Origin: Bacillota bacterium
GTDB lineage: Bacteria; Bacillota; JAAYKD01
Length of the DNA: 31,952 nucleotides
NCBI GenBank assembly: GCA_963666425.2
Contig: CAXXTX010000003.1
Location: forward strand, 1 to 31,952
Direction: 5' to 3'
Shown: one piece after another, positions 28,736-31,952 of the stretch
How positions within the stretch are numbered: the stretch's first letter is position 1
How the letters are laid out: each line of letters begins with the position of its first letter
Made by a program: the position numbers and the translations under genes
Notes under the pieces: model-generated
Told to the model about the DNA's origin: nothing
The model's input: only the letters and a program-made list of their open reading frames with translations
Database searches by the model: none

Positions 28736-29605
28736 TTATCCCTTGACTGTATTCTTACCTTTTGATTTTGCCTCATATAACTTTTTATCAGCATTGTTGA
28801 TGAGTTCATCAAGAGTCATTTCACTCTGAAGACACCTCACTCCGATGCTTACACTAACCTTAATGGGTGCTATATTAAGAACAGCTATCTCGGTATCTGC
28901 AATTGCAGTCCTGATACGTTCAGCGAGCATAAGTGCTGCTTCAAAATTCGTATGAACCAACCCAATTACAAATTCATCTCCACCATAACGCCCAAGAATA
29001 TCTAATTCACGCATCTCGCTTTTTGCTATGGCTGCAACTTTTGCGAGAACTATATCTCCAGAACTATGTCCATAATTATCATTAATGATTTTAAATCCGT
29101 CTATATCCATCAATAAAACGCAAAGTGGCAACCCGGCTTTGTGCGCTTCGTTGAAAACCTCTGATAGTAATTGGAGAGAATACTGCCGGTTATATGTTTG
29201 GCACAAGCTGTCATTTTGTGCCATCTCCTTGAGTAGTTGACCTTCAATTTTCTCTGTAACATCCATGCAGCTACCGATGAAGCCAATAAAATTATTATTC
29301 TTATCATAAAAAGGGACCCCGAGATCATTAATCCATCTGTATTGACCATCATATCTTTTCAGACGATAATCCATTTCAAATGGATGCTGAAGTTTAAAAT
29401 TATCAAGATAAATTTTTACACATTTATCATAATCGTCCGGATGCACACCTTTAGCCCATCCAAATCCATACTCCTCTTCCATCGTGCGTCCGGTGAATCT
29501 AAGCCATGTTTTATTAAAGTAATCACATTCTGTACTTAGATTAGCCCTCCATATCATATTTGGTGAAGACTCAAGAATCAGTTGATACTGTTCCAAATCC
29601 ATCAT
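28736..29605 (-). CDS. PAS-GGDEF diguanylate cyclase
   Basis: PAS/PAC (YFNKTWLRFTG, VHPDD, YRLKRYDGQYRW), DIDGFKIINDNYGH, RELD I-site and an intact GGDEF. AAGGAGG RBS before the ATG at 29605. Confidence 0.93.
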   Translation of the reverse strand: MMDLEQYQLILESSPNMIWRANLSTECDYFNKTWLRFTGRTMEEEYGFGWAKGVHPDDYDKCVKIYLDNFKLQHPFEMDYRLKRYDGQYRWINDLGVPFYDKNNNFIGFIGSCMDVTEKIEGQLLKEMAQNDSLCQTYNRQYSLQLLSEVFNEAHKAGLPLCVLLMDIDGFKIINDNYGHSSGDIVLAKVAAIAKSEMRELDILGRYGGDEFVIGLVHTNFEAALMLAERIRTAIADTEIAVLNIAPIKVSVSIGVRCLQSEMTLDELINNADKKLYEAKSKGKNTVKG

Positions 29606-29814
29606 AACTACTGCCTCCTTCTCTAAAATTCCATTATATCGTTTCTCTCTAGGGTTTTCATTCACCCTTGAAATGTCTAAAAATCTGATAGTACTTGCTT
29701 CACGAATATAATGGCTCGGTTTGCAAGGCACACAAAAAATGCTTCTCCTCGCGAACATCTCCACCGGAGTTGTAATCGTAATATCGTAGCCTAGATCGTT
29801 ATAAATAACAAAAC

Positions 29815-31146
29815 TTAACCTTTATAGTAATTATGAAATTTCTTTTTTGTAGGGTCAATGCCTTTTTTACCCTGGTCCGCTTTTATTTCAGTATGTTTCT
29901 GTTCGGTTTTCACTCCGTTTGAAATTCTTGCGCGCATTGGATGCGCAGCAACTCCCGTTTCCCGTGGTATATACCTGGGCTTAGCAGCCTTGGGAGGGGC
30001 CGTTGTAATCAGCATGGGATACGGGTGATCCGTCACCACAGTGATATTCTTACCGGTTAATTTTTCAATCGCCGCGAGGAAGGGCTTCTCTTCGATATCA
30101 CAAAAAGAAAGTGCTACACCGCCAAGCCCTGCTCTGCCGGTTCGCCCGATGCGATGGATATATGTCTCCGGAATATTGGGCAGTTCATAATTAATTACAT
30201 GGGAGAGCTCGTCGATATCAATTCCACGGGCTGCAATGTCGGTTGCCACCAACACACGCGTCAATTTACTTTTAAAGTTATCCAATGCTAATTGACGCGC
30301 ATTTTGAGACTTGTTGCCGTGAATTGCATCCGCTTTTATATGAGCATAAGTTAATTCTTGCACAATCTTGTTTGCTCCATGCTTTGTACGGGAAAACACC
30401 AAGGCAGAAGTAACCGATTTATCCTGTAAAATATGCAGTAATAAATCCATTTTGTTTTTCTTATCAACAAAATAAAGAGACTGCTGAATCATCTCAACGG
30501 CAGGGGATTCTGGTGTCACGGCTATTTTAACAGGGTTGACCAGGATCGAGTTCGCCATTTTCAAAATTTCAAGTGGTATTGTGGCAGAAAAGAGCAGCGT
30601 CTGCCTTTTTGCAGGTATTCTCGCGATGATTTTTTTAACATCATGGATAAACCCCATATCCAGCATATGGTCCGCTTCATCCAGCACAAAGATGCTGACA
30701 GATTTTAAATCAACCAATCTCTGATTAAACAAATCGTCAAGCCTGCCGGGAGTTGCCACCAAGATATCAATTCCATTTTGCAGCATATGCTCCTGCGGTT
30801 TTTGAGAAACACCACCAAATAAGACACCATAGCGTAAGCCTGTATATTGTCCGTAGGTGCGAAAGCTTTCAAAAATTTGAAGAGCAAGCTCTCTTGTCGG
30901 AGTCAAGATTAAAGCTCGAATTTTCCGAGAGGTAGTTTTTATTTCAGTCTTAGCGCTCAGAAGCTGCAAAATAGGAACAGCAAATGCTGCTGTTTTCCCT
31001 GTGCCTGTTTGTGCGCATCCAAGCAGATCTCTGCCATTCAGAATGGGCGTGATTGCCTGTTCTTGTATTGGCGTAGGCATTATGTAGTTTTCGTTTTCCA
31101 GAGCCTTGAGGATTGATGGAATAATGTTTAGTTCTTTAAATTGCAT
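29815..31146 (-). CDS. DEAD-box RNA helicase (RhlE-like)
   Basis: PTPIQ, AQTGTGKT, PTRELA, TPGRL, DEAD, SAT, ARGID and HRIGRTGRAG. AAGGAG RBS before MQFKEL at 31146. Confidence 0.95.
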   Translation of the reverse strand: MQFKELNIIPSILKALENENYIMPTPIQEQAITPILNGRDLLGCAQTGTGKTAAFAVPILQLLSAKTEIKTTSRKIRALILTPTRELALQIFESFRTYGQYTGLRYGVLFGGVSQKPQEHMLQNGIDILVATPGRLDDLFNQRLVDLKSVSIFVLDEADHMLDMGFIHDVKKIIARIPAKRQTLLFSATIPLEILKMANSILVNPVKIAVTPESPAVEMIQQSLYFVDKKNKMDLLLHILQDKSVTSALVFSRTKHGANKIVQELTYAHIKADAIHGNKSQNARQLALDNFKSKLTRVLVATDIAARGIDIDELSHVINYELPNIPETYIHRIGRTGRAGLGGVALSFCDIEEKPFLAAIEKLTGKNITVVTDHPYPMLITTAPPKAAKPRYIPRETGVAAHPMRARISNGVKTEQKHTEIKADQGKKGIDPTKKKFHNYYKG

Positions 31147-31240
31147 TTTTCTCCTTGTATTTTTAAGTTTTGAAATTTCGTAAATTTGTTTTGTTATTGT
31201 AAACCCGCATTTTAAGGCGAATACTATTGTCAATTTCTAT

Positions 31241-31594
31241 CTATTCCCACACTTGTCTTAATTCGATTTGCCCTTCACCATTACCCATGGGGTCCGGAAC
31301 TTTTCGAGCCCATTCAATAGCTTCTTCTTTCGTTTTAACATCAATCAAGAAGAAACCTGCCACAACATCTTTCGTCGGTTCAAACGGACCATAGCTTACG
31401 ATTGGCTCTTCACCCGATTTAACATGAGAAAAACGAATTCCTTCAGAACTGGGATGAAGTCCTTTCGCCATTACTCGAATACCTGCATTCACTAAATCTT
31501 GATTATATTGATCCATCATGGCTTCAAGTTTCCGCTGAGGGAGGTTAATGCCCTCTGAATTAGTAGATGCTTTTACAATCATCATGAATAACAT
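31241..31594 (-). CDS. YciI/DGPF-domain protein
   Basis: GLHPSSEG, YGPFEPTKDVVAGFFLIDV..KEEAIEWA and IELRQV. Confidence 0.85.
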   Translation of the reverse strand: MLFMMIVKASTNSEGINLPQRKLEAMMDQYNQDLVNAGIRVMAKGLHPSSEGIRFSHVKSGEEPIVSYGPFEPTKDVVAGFFLIDVKTKEEAIEWARKVPDPMGNGEGQIELRQVWE

Positions 31595-31707
31595 CTATTT
31601 ACCCTTCTTTTCTGTTGAATAAACATACACACCACATGGCTATAGTAGACAAAAATGATACAATCTAGCTTGAATTATTCACTTTTTCATGGGGTGATGC
31701 ATTTGAA

Positions 31708-31952
31708 TCACTTCATGAAAATCGGGGCAACACGGCATGGAACCACTTCAATACGCTCCCACACCTTACCCGTCACATAAGGCTCTATGGCAAGCCAAGC
31801 ATCCAATTCCTCCCGAGTGGAATAGTCCACAACCAGGATGGAACCGATCATTTTTTCAGTCTCATTCAAAAGTGCCAACCCGTATAAAAACTGCCCGGTA
31901 GCAACCGCAGCCTCTACTCCTGCCATATGCGCCTCTCGCACCGACAGCCTGC
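31708..31952 (-). CDS. YciI-family protein, 5' end outside the window
   Basis: RLSVREAHM, MIGSILVVDY..REELDAWLAIEPYVTGKVW. Confidence 0.8.
   Translation of the reverse strand, partial: RLSVREAHMAGVEAAVATGQFLYGLALLNETEKMIGSILVVDYSTREELDAWLAIEPYVTGKVWERIEVVPCRVAPIFMK

Overview
Accessory/defence island, probably from a clostridial (Bacillota) chromosome (inferred from gene content and sigmaA-type promoters). Nearly every gene is on the minus strand. Recognisable content: AbiEi/AbiEii type IV toxin-antitoxin pair, UvrD/PcrA-like helicase, CAAX protease, several GNATs, an IS21 remnant, a PD-(D/E)xK nuclease-like protein, an Mrr-type nuclease, an EEP nuclease, a Type I R-M locus (hsdM-hsdS-hsdR) led by a degenerate MTase-TRD fusion, an M20 amidohydrolase, an aminoglycoside adenylyltransferase-like gene, a PAS-GGDEF cyclase, a DEAD-box helicase and two YciI-like genes. 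Three things stand out. (1) A 28-29 bp site, TGTGCCA-N14/15-TGGAACA, occurs five times in one orientation, abuts stop codons and truncates two relics, which suggests gene-cassette boundaries. (2) Several degenerate copies of the 3' end of rlmD/rumA lie in intergenic spacers. (3) A tightly coupled AT-rich operon encodes a canonical C2H2 zinc-finger protein, a coiled-coil protein, an atypical Hsp70 and a small ORF just upstream of Mrr; it is a candidate undescribed defence system. Many genes carry frameshifts, some in homopolymers, which may be sequencing errors rather than real decay.
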